Below, one piece after another: positions 21,729 through 31,113 of a stretch of 64,000 bases of DNA. The position numbers and the translations under genes were made by a program. The notes beneath the pieces are model-generated. The model was not told where the DNA came from and did not search any database. It was given only the letters and a program-made list of their open reading frames with translations. The stretch is from Promethearchaeota archaeon (GTDB lineage Archaea > Asgardarchaeota > Lokiarchaeia > Sigyniarchaeales > SOKP01), in NCBI GenBank assembly GCA_016839585.1, contig JAEOTZ010000018.1, forward strand, positions 1-64,000. The letters run 5' to 3'. Numbering within the stretch: position 1 is the first letter of the stretch; each line of letters begins with the position of its first letter.

Positions 21729-22592
21729 ATGTCAGAAGTGGGAATAGAACCTACATATGTAGGAAAAAATGAAAATTTAGTCTTTGAAATTCCTCAAGAA
21801 TTATTTAATATGAGTTTAGGTCCAGCAGATGTATTTGATCGTGAAAGCGCAAAATTATTTAGTAAATATATAAGGGGAACCTTTAAAGGATTTCAAAATT
21901 CAAGAAAAACAAAGTATGGAAATGAGAATAATACGAAGACCAAAGTTTCACCCGATTTTTGGTCTGAATTTGAAAAGAAGGCACAAGAACTTGATGTAGA
22001 TTTTATAGGATACACTCCTGTTAATGAAAATTATATATTTAAAGGTCTTAAGGTGTACGGAAAAAATGCTATAATTCTCGGAATGGAAATGAAATGGGAT
22101 AAAATTAAAACAGCTCCTAGTGGAATATGTCAAATTGAAGTTTTCCGGGTATTTAAAGTATTAGGAGATATTACAATTGAATTAACAGAATACTTAAAAG
22201 AACAAGAATATAAAAGTGAGGCACACCATCCTTTTGGAGGAAAACTTTTAGACGGACCTCATGTTGTAGCAGCAAACTTAGGTGTAATGGGACAAAATGG
22301 TTTAATAATAACTCCAGAATTTGGACCAAGACAGAGATGGAGCATGATTACAACTGATGCTGAGATAATTAAAACTCAAGAAAGAGATTTCGATGAATTG
22401 AAAGAATTTTGTAAAGGATGTGGAGCTTGTGTAAAAAATTGTAAAGGAGAAGCAATATATGTAGAACCAATACAAAAAGATTCAGGTGTAATTACCCATA
22501 TTGATCGCTCAAAATGCATCGAGAGTTTATTAAATAATAATTATTGTAGTTATTGCCTTAAAATATGTCCTGTAGGACTTAATAAAAAATAA
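21729..22592 (+). CDS. QueG/reductive-dehalogenase-like 4Fe-4S (cobalamin-type) protein
   Basis: LGVMGQNGLIITPEFGPR, FCKGCGACVKNC, KC...CSYCLKICP. Confidence 0.8.
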   Translation: MSEVGIEPTYVGKNENLVFEIPQELFNMSLGPADVFDRESAKLFSKYIRGTFKGFQNSRKTKYGNENNTKTKVSPDFWSEFEKKAQELDVDFIGYTPVNENYIFKGLKVYGKNAIILGMEMKWDKIKTAPSGICQIEVFRVFKVLGDITIELTEYLKEQEYKSEAHHPFGGKLLDGPHVVAANLGVMGQNGLIITPEFGPRQRWSMITTDAEIIKTQERDFDELKEFCKGCGACVKNCKGEAIYVEPIQKDSGVITHIDRSKCIESLLNNNYCSYCLKICPVGLNKK

Positions 22593-22694
22593 TTTTTCTT
22601 TTTATAATATAGATTGAAAAGTCTTTAATTAAAGATTTAACATACTCAATTAAGTTAGCTATTATTTCTAAAGATGATATTTAAATATTGGATA

Positions 22695-23345
22695 TCATTT
22701 TTTAAAGAAAAGGAATTTATTCAAATCTTTTTCTTTTCTAATTTGATTGATTCTTAAAATAACAGATCCATGAGTTAGAAATGAAATTGAAATTAAGCAT
22801 ATTGGAATCGCCCAATCCGTAAAGATGGCACAAATTCCTGCTAAAAACACAAGAAATAACCTAGTATCACGTCCTTGAATTGTTCTAGAAAATTTAATAT
22901 CATTTTTTAACTCAACTTTAGCAGCTGTATAACTTATTGAATAGGCACCAGTAATAGTAATTATTCCTAATAAAAATGCGTGTTTAATCAAAAGGACATT
23001 AAGAGAATAAAAAGTAAGACCTACAAATATAAAAACATCAACGTAACGATCAATCACGGAGTCAAAGAAACCTCCAAAAAAAGAAGTTCTACCATTGGCA
23101 CGGGCAACTTCACCATCAGAACCATCAATTATACTTGATATTTGAACAAGGATTCCTCCCAAAAGAGGAAAATTCATAAAAAACAATATTGAACCAATAA
23201 TTCCAGTTAAAGCTGATATAATAGATATTAAATTTGGGTTACAATTTGGCCAAAAATGCAAAATAAATTTAGTTAATGGATGAGAAAAACGTCTATTTAT
23301 ATACTTTGAAACTAAGCCATCTCCTTTTGCCGGCATTTTTATCAA
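22695..23345 (-). CDS. CDP-alcohol phosphotransferase, DIPP synthase-like
   Basis: GDGLVSKYINR, DGSDGEVAR..G..S..GGFFDSVIDR signature; RDTR. Confidence 0.85.
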   Translation of the reverse strand: MIKMPAKGDGLVSKYINRRFSHPLTKFILHFWPNCNPNLISIISALTGIIGSILFFMNFPLLGGILVQISSIIDGSDGEVARANGRTSFFGGFFDSVIDRYVDVFIFVGLTFYSLNVLLIKHAFLLGIITITGAYSISYTAAKVELKNDIKFSRTIQGRDTRLFLVFLAGICAIFTDWAIPICLISISFLTHGSVILRINQIRKEKDLNKFLFFKK

Positions 23346-23415
23346 CTATTTACATATAAAATTATTTACTAATAATCACTAAAATTTTTTAGGATTTAAT
23401 ACCTTTTATGACAAT

Positions 23416-24222
23416 GTGATAGGAATTTCAATTCGTGCTAATTGGGATTTTAAGAAAGTGCTAAATTCAATACTTGATTTAAATCTTGATTTATGTGAAA
23501 TTCAGTTAGAGAATCCCATATTTAAATTTCAAGAGTATCGAAGCAAAGCAATAAAACTTATTAATAAATTATACTCAACAGACTTACTACTATCTTTCCA
23601 CTTATCTTTTATTGATGTAAATATTGCCTCATTAGATAATAGTATACGTGATTATTCAAGTAGATTACTAAGCAAGGAGATAAAGTTTGTAAAGAAATGG
23701 AAACCTCTTTATATTGTTGTACATACAGGAAAAATAAGTGATACTTTTTATAAAATTCCTTCTATAAAGGAAAGGGCTCATAAACAACAATTTAAAACAA
23801 TATCAGAATTAATGCAAACCACTAGCTCTTATTCAATTCCATTGGCTATTGAAAATCGTCAAAAATCTATGACTGCAGGTTTGATTGAAAACATAAACGA
23901 TATTCATTATTATAATCACTTATTCCCTTCTTTATACTTTTTACTTGACTTAGGACATCTTAATACCTTTTATTCTGATTCTAAAACATTAATAGAAGAT
24001 ATTGAATCTATCTGTGATCTTCCTATAATTGCAATTCACTTATCTAACAATTTTGGAAAAGATACACATGGAAGTTTAGAAAAGGGAACAATTCTAATTA
24101 AAGAATTATTTTTAAAAGTACAATGCTTAAAAAAAAAATATCTAATTATTGAAAATAATTCACTAAAAGATACTATGCAAAGTCTAGATTTTTTACAGAA
24201 TAAGGTTATGGGAAAAACTTAA
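23416..24222 (+). CDS. Sugar phosphate isomerase/epimerase TIM-barrel (AP endonuclease 2 family)
   Basis: VVHTG, AIEN, LDLGH, IHLSNN..DTH, IIE. Confidence 0.8.
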   Translation: MIGISIRANWDFKKVLNSILDLNLDLCEIQLENPIFKFQEYRSKAIKLINKLYSTDLLLSFHLSFIDVNIASLDNSIRDYSSRLLSKEIKFVKKWKPLYIVVHTGKISDTFYKIPSIKERAHKQQFKTISELMQTTSSYSIPLAIENRQKSMTAGLIENINDIHYYNHLFPSLYFLLDLGHLNTFYSDSKTLIEDIESICDLPIIAIHLSNNFGKDTHGSLEKGTILIKELFLKVQCLKKKYLIIENNSLKDTMQSLDFLQNKVMGKT

Positions 24223-24688
24223 AATAAACTAAAAATAACAATAAAAACCCTTGGAAATTTTTATTAGAACGATCAAGTATTTTATAAACTTTTTTATCAA
24301 TTTGGTAAAATCTAAATTCTTTTAGAGTTATTGTTAATTAAAACAACTCTTTGTTTAATTAAAAAGATATCTATCTTTTGATTTAAAAGCTAAAACTTTT
24401 ATAAATGTTGATAATATTAATACAGTAGTTGATAAAGGATTTTAATTATTAAAGAAATTCAAAAATTTCTTTGTAGATTTTTTGAAATGAAAAAATTAAC
24501 TTTTTATGGATATATCCAACTATTTACGATTAAGAAAACAATACACGAAAATTAAGTTTTTTAAATTTAGCGATCTTAATCATTTCCCCTATAATATTTA
24601 GGAATTGATAGAGAGTGTAAAAATAATGAAATTAAATTCGAGATCAGAAAATGCGATTTAGAAATAACAATGGAAGAGGTAAATTAAA

Positions 24689-25531
24689 ATAATTGATAGG
24701 AAAGAATTCCAAGGTTTAATTCTAGCTGCAGGTCGTTCCAGTCGATTTGATTTTATGGATAAAAGATTTAAAAAGTATTTTTTAAGTTTAAAGAATTCGA
24801 GTATTTTAGGATATATTATTGCTGGAATGATTAAAGCAGGAATAAGAGAAATAAAGATCGTTACTAGTAAAATTTATGATAAAATGAAATACAAAAGAAA
24901 AATTTTAAAATATATAGATCCATCATGGATAAATTTAAAGAATCTTGAACTAGATATTATTGAAAATAAGATTCCAGATAGAGAAAATGGATATAGCCTT
25001 TTTCTAGGTCTTAATAAAATTTCTTCTAAATATACTTTATTATCTATGGCTGATCATATTTTTTCAAAAAATGTATTTTCTCAGATGATAAAGAACTATA
25101 GAAGAGAAGATATTCTTTTAGCAACGGACCCTATGTATATCAAAGGTTATTATGACAGAAAGGATGCAACAAAAGTATCTGGAAAGAATTGTTTTATTAT
25201 TGATATTGGAAAGGATTTGACATATTATAATCGTTTAGATATGGGAGTATTTATATTAAAAACTAAAATTATCAAAAATATTTGCCAGAACGTTGAATCA
25301 AATTTTGATAAATTTGGCGTTACAAATGTTATTTTATCAGCACTTAATTCAGATTTAAACGTTAGTTATTATGATTTTGCGAATACTATTTGGGTAGATA
25401 TCGATAATTATCAAAAATATTGTCAACTAAAAAGACTTTTTAATAAATCTACTAAGTTTTATCCTTTTGGTCTAACTACAACTGAGTATATAGAATATTC
25501 AAATAATGAGAAAAAAATGAGGATAATATAA
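24689..25531 (+). CDS. Inositol-1-phosphate cytidylyltransferase-like NTP transferase; non-AUG start inferred
   Basis: In-frame GLILAAGRSSRF lies upstream of the track ATG (24755); RENGYSL, MADH, DATKV, DMGVF, WVDID; SD GAGGT at 24676-24680. Confidence 0.8.
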   Translation: MIDRKEFQGLILAAGRSSRFDFMDKRFKKYFLSLKNSSILGYIIAGMIKAGIREIKIVTSKIYDKMKYKRKILKYIDPSWINLKNLELDIIENKIPDRENGYSLFLGLNKISSKYTLLSMADHIFSKNVFSQMIKNYRREDILLATDPMYIKGYYDRKDATKVSGKNCFIIDIGKDLTYYNRLDMGVFILKTKIIKNICQNVESNFDKFGVTNVILSALNSDLNVSYYDFANTIWVDIDNYQKYCQLKRLFNKSTKFYPFGLTTTEYIEYSNNEKKMRII

Positions 25532-25573
25532 AATTTAAAAATTCAAATTCAAAAATCACAAAAGTGAGTAAGT

Positions 25574-26731
25574 ATGAGTAACATAAAAATTGCAATTATA
25601 GGATTAGGTAATTGTGCTAGTGCTTTAATTCAAGGAATCCAATATTATAAAAATAAGACGACCACGGATGCTATTGGTTTAATGCATTGGGATATTGGGG
25701 GCTATAAACCTGGTGATATTAAAGTAGTTGCTGCTTTTGATATAGATTATAGAAAAGTAGGTAAAGATGTTTCAGATGCTATTTTCCAATTACCTAACTG
25801 TACCAAAAAATTCTATAAAAATATACCTAAAACAAATATTATTGTTAAAATGGGCCGTGTGTTAGATAGTTTTCCAACTCATATGCAAGATCATGATGAA
25901 AAATTTTCCTTTGTGTTATCTAATCAAAAAGAATCAACGCAAGGAGAAATAGTACAAGAGATTAAAACTTCAAAAGCAGATATGGTTTTAAATTATCTTC
26001 CAGTAGGGTCTGAAAAAGCAGTAAAATTTTATACAGAGTGTGCTTTAAAAGCAAAAGTAGGTTTCATAAACTGTATGCCTGTTTTTATTGCAAGTAATTC
26101 AGAATGGGCTCGAAAATTTAAAGAAAAAAACATACCATTAATAGGAGACGATATTAAATCTCAATTAGGAGCAACAATCGTGCATCGTATCCTAACAAAT
26201 CTTTTTAAGAAAAGAGGAGTAAGACTTATGCGTACATATCAACTCAATACAGGGGGGAATACAGACTTTCTTAATATGCTAGATAGAACTCGATTAGTTT
26301 CTAAAAAGCAATCAAAAACCGAAGCAGTTCAATCTCAAGCAGCAATCCGATTAGAAAATGAAAATATTCATATTGGACCAAGTGATTGGGTTCCTTGGCA
26401 AAGAGATAATAAAGTATGTTTTATTCGAATGGAAGGAAATATTTTTGGAGATATACCTATTAATTTAGAATTACGCCTTTCAGTAGAGGATTCTCCAAAT
26501 TCTGCTGGAGTTGTAATAGATGCAATAAGATGTTTAAAGTTAGCACTTGATAGAGATCAAGGTGGTGTATTATACCGACCTTCAGCTTACTTTATGAAAC
26601 ATCCTCCAATACAATACACAGATGACAAAGCATATCAATTAACTGAAGATTTTATTAAGAATAAAATAGATGAAATAACATCTATTAGAAAATGGGTAAT
26701 TGGATCAACTGAAGAAACTATGGATCCATAA
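25574..26731 (+). CDS. ino1: myo-inositol-1-phosphate synthase
   Basis: GLGNCAS, NYLPVGS, GDDIKSQLGAT, YQLNTGGNTDF, DSPNSAG. Confidence 0.95.
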   Translation: MSNIKIAIIGLGNCASALIQGIQYYKNKTTTDAIGLMHWDIGGYKPGDIKVVAAFDIDYRKVGKDVSDAIFQLPNCTKKFYKNIPKTNIIVKMGRVLDSFPTHMQDHDEKFSFVLSNQKESTQGEIVQEIKTSKADMVLNYLPVGSEKAVKFYTECALKAKVGFINCMPVFIASNSEWARKFKEKNIPLIGDDIKSQLGATIVHRILTNLFKKRGVRLMRTYQLNTGGNTDFLNMLDRTRLVSKKQSKTEAVQSQAAIRLENENIHIGPSDWVPWQRDNKVCFIRMEGNIFGDIPINLELRLSVEDSPNSAGVVIDAIRCLKLALDRDQGGVLYRPSAYFMKHPPIQYTDDKAYQLTEDFIKNKIDEITSIRKWVIGSTEETMDP

Positions 26732-26810
26732 CTTAATTTTAATCTCTTTTTTATAACGAACAATTGTCTTTATTCTATCTAGTTTTTAAATTAAATTTAT
26801 TATCATACAA

Positions 26811-26882
26811 ATCGATTGCTCAAAATGCATTGAAAGTTTATTAAACAATAATTATTGTAGTTACAGCTTAACAGCATGTCCT
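26811..26882 (+). pseudogene. Degenerate copy of the 3' end of the 21729..22592 gene (22500-22571)
   Basis: 60/72 nt identical; IDCSKCIESLLNNNYCSYSLTACP vs IDRSKCIESLLNNNYCSYCLKICP. Confidence 0.85.
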
Positions 26883-26908
26883 AAAGATGTTCTTATAGGA
26901 AAAAATTA

Positions 26909-27352
26909 TTATTTTTTTAGTTCATAAATAGTGTCACAATAGGGATCTCCTGCAGCGAGAGTTTTTATTATTTTCAATTCAATATGATTGTCTACGGCAG
27001 TACGAAAATATTCATGATCAATTGCCATCGTTGCTTCACATAATTCTCTTGATGTATTTTCCAAACAAAAAGGACACTTAGTTCCTTGAATTTGGAATTT
27101 TTCGTCAGAAATAGAAATCACCTTAACAGATTTTGGATCAAGACTCTTTGAAAATGCCTTAGCTACAGTACTTAATCTGTTGTCAGGTAATTTCTTAGTA
27201 ATTTTTAACCCTAATGCTCGCCCTTGTATTTTACAAACATCTTTAATAACAGATAATGATTTTCTCCCGAATTTATTAAAAATGGCTTTAATTAATAAAC
27301 CTTGAGCTTCAATAGAATTTTTTGGTAATTGATCGTCATTAACTTTAATCAT
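26909..27352 (-). CDS. ATC-hydrolase-like / V4R-like small protein
   Basis: KCPF...LCE...ID, KTLAAGDPYCD. Confidence 0.65.
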   Translation of the reverse strand: MIKVNDDQLPKNSIEAQGLLIKAIFNKFGRKSLSVIKDVCKIQGRALGLKITKKLPDNRLSTVAKAFSKSLDPKSVKVISISDEKFQIQGTKCPFCLENTSRELCEATMAIDHEYFRTAVDNHIELKIIKTLAAGDPYCDTIYELKK

Positions 27353-27497
27353 AGTTTAACTTATTGAGTGTTTAATTAATTAATTTATATTCAAATACAA
27401 TGTTCAATTATCAAAAAATATATCCAAATGAATTATTTAGTGTAATAAATAACCTAATAAATACTAGCATATTTATCAAAATATAAAATAATTTATA

Positions 27498-29444
27498 GTG
27501 AAAAACATGAGTAAAGCTAAAGGAAAACCTTTACCAGATGATGTGAAAGGATATTCACAAGTTAGACTGGATGTCGATCTAACAACTGGGAAAATTGAAA
27601 AAAGTACATTATCTAATGAATTTTGCCGAGATTGGATTGGAGGTTATGGCTTCGGCGCTAAGATCCTCTTCGACGAGCTTAAGTCAGGAGTTGATCCTCT
27701 TAGCCCAGATAATATTTTAGTTTATGCTCAGGGACCCTTCCCTACAACCATCTTACCAACTAGCTCAAAATATGGTTTGTTTGCGAAATCACCTTTAACG
27801 GGAATGTTTGGCATGTCGATTTCCTCTGGAAGTGTAGGAGCTCAAGCTCGTCGTGCTGGAATTAATGCAATTGTATTTAAAGGAAAAGTACCTGAACTCT
27901 CATATTTTGTTGTTGACGATGATGATTATTATTTAGTCCCATGCGAGAAAATGTTAAAAGGAAAAGGAACCTTTGAAACTGAAGATCTTTTAAGAGAGGA
28001 ATTTCAAGACCAACGATTAGCAGTAATGAGTATAGGACCTGCGGGTGAACGCATGAGTAGAATGGGTTGTATTACAAATGATCGAAACAGACAAGCGGGA
28101 AGAACAGGAATGGGCGCTGTTATGGGATCTAAAAACCTCAAAGCAGTTTGTTTTAGAGGTACTAAAGGTATAAAGGTCGCTCATCCAGTTGAATTTTATA
28201 AAATAGCTAAGAAACTCATTAAAGTTGCTAATGGACCTGCAACTGCTAAATATCGTGATCAAGGAACACCGGCAGGACTTACAAGCTATAATAAACTTGG
28301 AATGATGCCTACGTTTAATCATCGCGAAGGTACATGGGATAAAATTACTAATGGTGCCTTCACTGGCGATACTCTAAATGAAGATTGGGTTGTAAAGAAA
28401 GTTGCATGCTCACAATGCTCCATTGCTTGCGATCACCTAGCAAGAGTACCGAAAAATCATCCTGATTGGCCAAATCTTATCGCAAGTGTTGATATTGAAC
28501 TATTGTATGGATTTGGAACTGCTTGTGGTAATGCTGATTGGCCAACTGTCTTCAAGTGCATTAATTTATGTGATAATTTAGGAATTGACGCAATTAGTGG
28601 AGGAGTTACTGCTGCGATGGCTTGTGATCTTTATACGGATGGACTAATCACTAAAGAGGATTTAGGATTCGAACTTCCATTTGGATCAACAACGAATTTA
28701 GTGAGATTTACTGAAGAAATGATCCTTGGAAAAGGATTTGCTGGAGAGATTTTTGGTCATGGAACCAGAGTTGCTGGTGAAAAATTAGAAGAGATGGGAA
28801 AGAAAGGAGCTAGTTCTTATGCCATGCACATTAAGGGTTTAGAAATGCCTGCCTTTGATCTTCATGGAATGTCATCCTTTGCAGTTGGGGAGAGCGTATC
28901 CATTAGAGGTGCTTGTCATTTAAGGAATGGTGCGTATGGACTCGATGCTAAAGGTACTTTTGATCGATTTGGTTATGATAAACCTTTGGAACGAGGAAAA
29001 GCAATTAAAAAACTCGAAGATGTTTACGGCATTATTGATTCATTTATAATCTGTAAATTTACTCGTGGAATTTATGAAAATGATGCTGAAATAGCAAAAG
29101 TTTACGAGTTAGTAACTGGTCTTCCGATGGATGAAGCCTTATTACTTGAAAGGGGAGATGCAATCGTTACCCTTTCAAAGTGTTTTAATATCAGAGAAGG
29201 GTGGACCAGAGCAGATGACCATCCCCCAGAAAGATTCTTTAAAATGGCTCATACAAAAGGTCCTGCTAAAGGAGTAACCCTGAAGGAAGATGGATATCAA
29301 CAATTGTTATCGGGTTATTATGAAGCAAGAGGTTGGTATAAGGAAACAGGCATTCCTACTGATGAAACCTTGAAAAAATTAGGAATGGATTTTGTAATTG
29401 GAAAATTAAAACCAGCACCAGCAAAGAAAGGAGGTAAGAAATAA
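27498..29444 (+). CDS. aor: Tungsten aldehyde:ferredoxin oxidoreductase family protein (likely ATG start 27507)
   Basis: KSPLTG, IGPAGE, AGRTGMGAVMGSKNLKA, CSQCSIAC, GIDAIS, RGACH, YYEARGW. Confidence 0.92.
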   Translation: MKNMSKAKGKPLPDDVKGYSQVRLDVDLTTGKIEKSTLSNEFCRDWIGGYGFGAKILFDELKSGVDPLSPDNILVYAQGPFPTTILPTSSKYGLFAKSPLTGMFGMSISSGSVGAQARRAGINAIVFKGKVPELSYFVVDDDDYYLVPCEKMLKGKGTFETEDLLREEFQDQRLAVMSIGPAGERMSRMGCITNDRNRQAGRTGMGAVMGSKNLKAVCFRGTKGIKVAHPVEFYKIAKKLIKVANGPATAKYRDQGTPAGLTSYNKLGMMPTFNHREGTWDKITNGAFTGDTLNEDWVVKKVACSQCSIACDHLARVPKNHPDWPNLIASVDIELLYGFGTACGNADWPTVFKCINLCDNLGIDAISGGVTAAMACDLYTDGLITKEDLGFELPFGSTTNLVRFTEEMILGKGFAGEIFGHGTRVAGEKLEEMGKKGASSYAMHIKGLEMPAFDLHGMSSFAVGESVSIRGACHLRNGAYGLDAKGTFDRFGYDKPLERGKAIKKLEDVYGIIDSFIICKFTRGIYENDAEIAKVYELVTGLPMDEALLLERGDAIVTLSKCFNIREGWTRADDHPPERFFKMAHTKGPAKGVTLKEDGYQQLLSGYYEARGWYKETGIPTDETLKKLGMDFVIGKLKPAPAKKGGKK

Positions 29445-30001
29445 TGTCAAAAGCTGCAACTAAGAAAAGAGGAGGAAAAATGCATCAATTCATCATCGTA
29501 GATCCAAATTTATGTACGGGATGCGAAACTTGTGAATCTGTATGTTCTTTCGTCCATGATGGTGAGTTTAATCCCATAAACACAAGAATTCATAGAGTAA
29601 GAATTGAACCTGTTTTTAACATCGCCTTAGCATGCCAAAAATGTGAAGATGCTCCATGTGTTCGCAGTTGTCCTGAAAAAGCATTGGAAAAAGACGAAGA
29701 GACAGGATCTATCATTGTTGATAACGATAAGTGTAATGGCTGTGCTTTTTGTATCCGAGCTTGTGATTTTGGAGTGCTCAGTTTGCACATCGAATCTCAA
29801 AAAGCACTTATTTGTGATCTTTGCGAAAACATGAAGGAAGAGTATATTGATGAAGAATCCGGAATTAAGGAACCTCAATGTATATTAGTTTGTCCTAAAG
29901 AGGCAATTTCACTTAAAAATGTAGAACAGATTGGAGAAGAAACTCGTATTGAAGCTGTTAAAAGACTTTTTGGCGATATATTACAAGAATATGAAAGTTA
30001 A
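29444..30001 (+). CDS. 4Fe-4S dicluster electron-transfer subunit of AOR
   Basis: Several CxxCxxCxxxC motifs; TAATG stop/start overlap with aor. Confidence 0.9.
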   Translation: MSKAATKKRGGKMHQFIIVDPNLCTGCETCESVCSFVHDGEFNPINTRIHRVRIEPVFNIALACQKCEDAPCVRSCPEKALEKDEETGSIIVDNDKCNGCAFCIRACDFGVLSLHIESQKALICDLCENMKEEYIDEESGIKEPQCILVCPKEAISLKNVEQIGEETRIEAVKRLFGDILQEYES

Positions 30002-30293
30002 ATAATTTTTTCTATTCTTTTTTTTCCATTAATTTATGAGATTTGTTATTGAATGAAAATCCAATTATTTGACCCACCGGTTTTCTTTGAGGATTTTCCT
30101 CCTAAAATTTCATAAAAGCATCTTAAAATTACGTATTTATTCTCCCGAAGAAAAAATTTTTATCATTTAAGAATTTGTGTCATCTTAGTTAAGATAATTT
30201 AAATAGACTTTAATCATAATATTTATAATTTTTTTAATATATTTGTGATTGTACTTATTATAATTAAAAAATATTTAACTAGAGGGAGAATTA

Positions 30294-30857
30294 ATGGTTA
30301 AAAAACATTTAGAAGTTGAGAATGCTGCAATAAAATTAGGCTTTATGAACTTTCCTTTAACGGTTTTATATGGGAAACCTAAATCATTTAGTCCTAGAAC
30401 GTCGGGCTTAGATAAAACTCTTGAATTTTTTGGGTTATATGGATCCACTTCAGGATTTATTACCGATACTGCAAGGGTTATAATTTGGATGTTAGAAATA
30501 AAGTATCAACTTAAGCCCGAAAAGCTGAAAAATATCAATAAACCTTCTGAAAAACCTCGGTTTTTCTTTGGGTATGGTATTGAGAAGAAAGTACATAAGT
30601 ATTATATTCTTGCTCCTACAAAAAAATTATACATTGAACTCAATAATAGAGCGGGATTAACAATGAAAAAGCACGGATTTCAGTTAAAAATCTATTCTTC
30701 AGAAGAAGAGCATAAGTATAACATTGCGGAATTTATTAATGAAGCATATGGTGGAATTCTTAATCATGTTGATAATTGGGAACATATAGAAGAATATTTT
30801 AACGTGAGCTCTGAGGAATGTATTAGAAATTGGAATTCAATCTTAGAAAAGTCTTAA
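30294..30857 (+). CDS. Hypothetical protein
   Basis: 187-aa ORF with GGAG SD; no motif recognised. Confidence 0.65.
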   Translation: MVKKHLEVENAAIKLGFMNFPLTVLYGKPKSFSPRTSGLDKTLEFFGLYGSTSGFITDTARVIIWMLEIKYQLKPEKLKNINKPSEKPRFFFGYGIEKKVHKYYILAPTKKLYIELNNRAGLTMKKHGFQLKIYSSEEEHKYNIAEFINEAYGGILNHVDNWEHIEEYFNVSSEECIRNWNSILEKS

Positions 30858-31113
30858 AAATAAAATATTTCTTTTTTTAATTTTACCTTATCCTTTTATT
30901 ATTCATAGAGCTATTTTTCATAAGTATTATTATTAAAGTTTTAAATTTTATGAATTATTTGTAGGATAGATAATTGAAATTACATAATAATTGGATTTTA
31001 ATAATATAGACTATTTACAAGATCATAAATATATTTTTTGATTAGCAATTCTTGATATAGGAAAGTAGAAAAGTATAAACCTATGGAGGAAAAAATCAAA
31101 AAAGGTGTATAAT

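Noticed and set aside
24223-24680. Long AT-rich intergenic region as possible ncRNA or origin
   Set aside because: No repeats, ORB-like boxes or stable hairpins recognised; likely promoter sequence
30040-30200. Slightly GC-richer spacer after the AOR Fe-S subunit
   Set aside because: No convincing stem, tRNA fold or start-bearing ORF found
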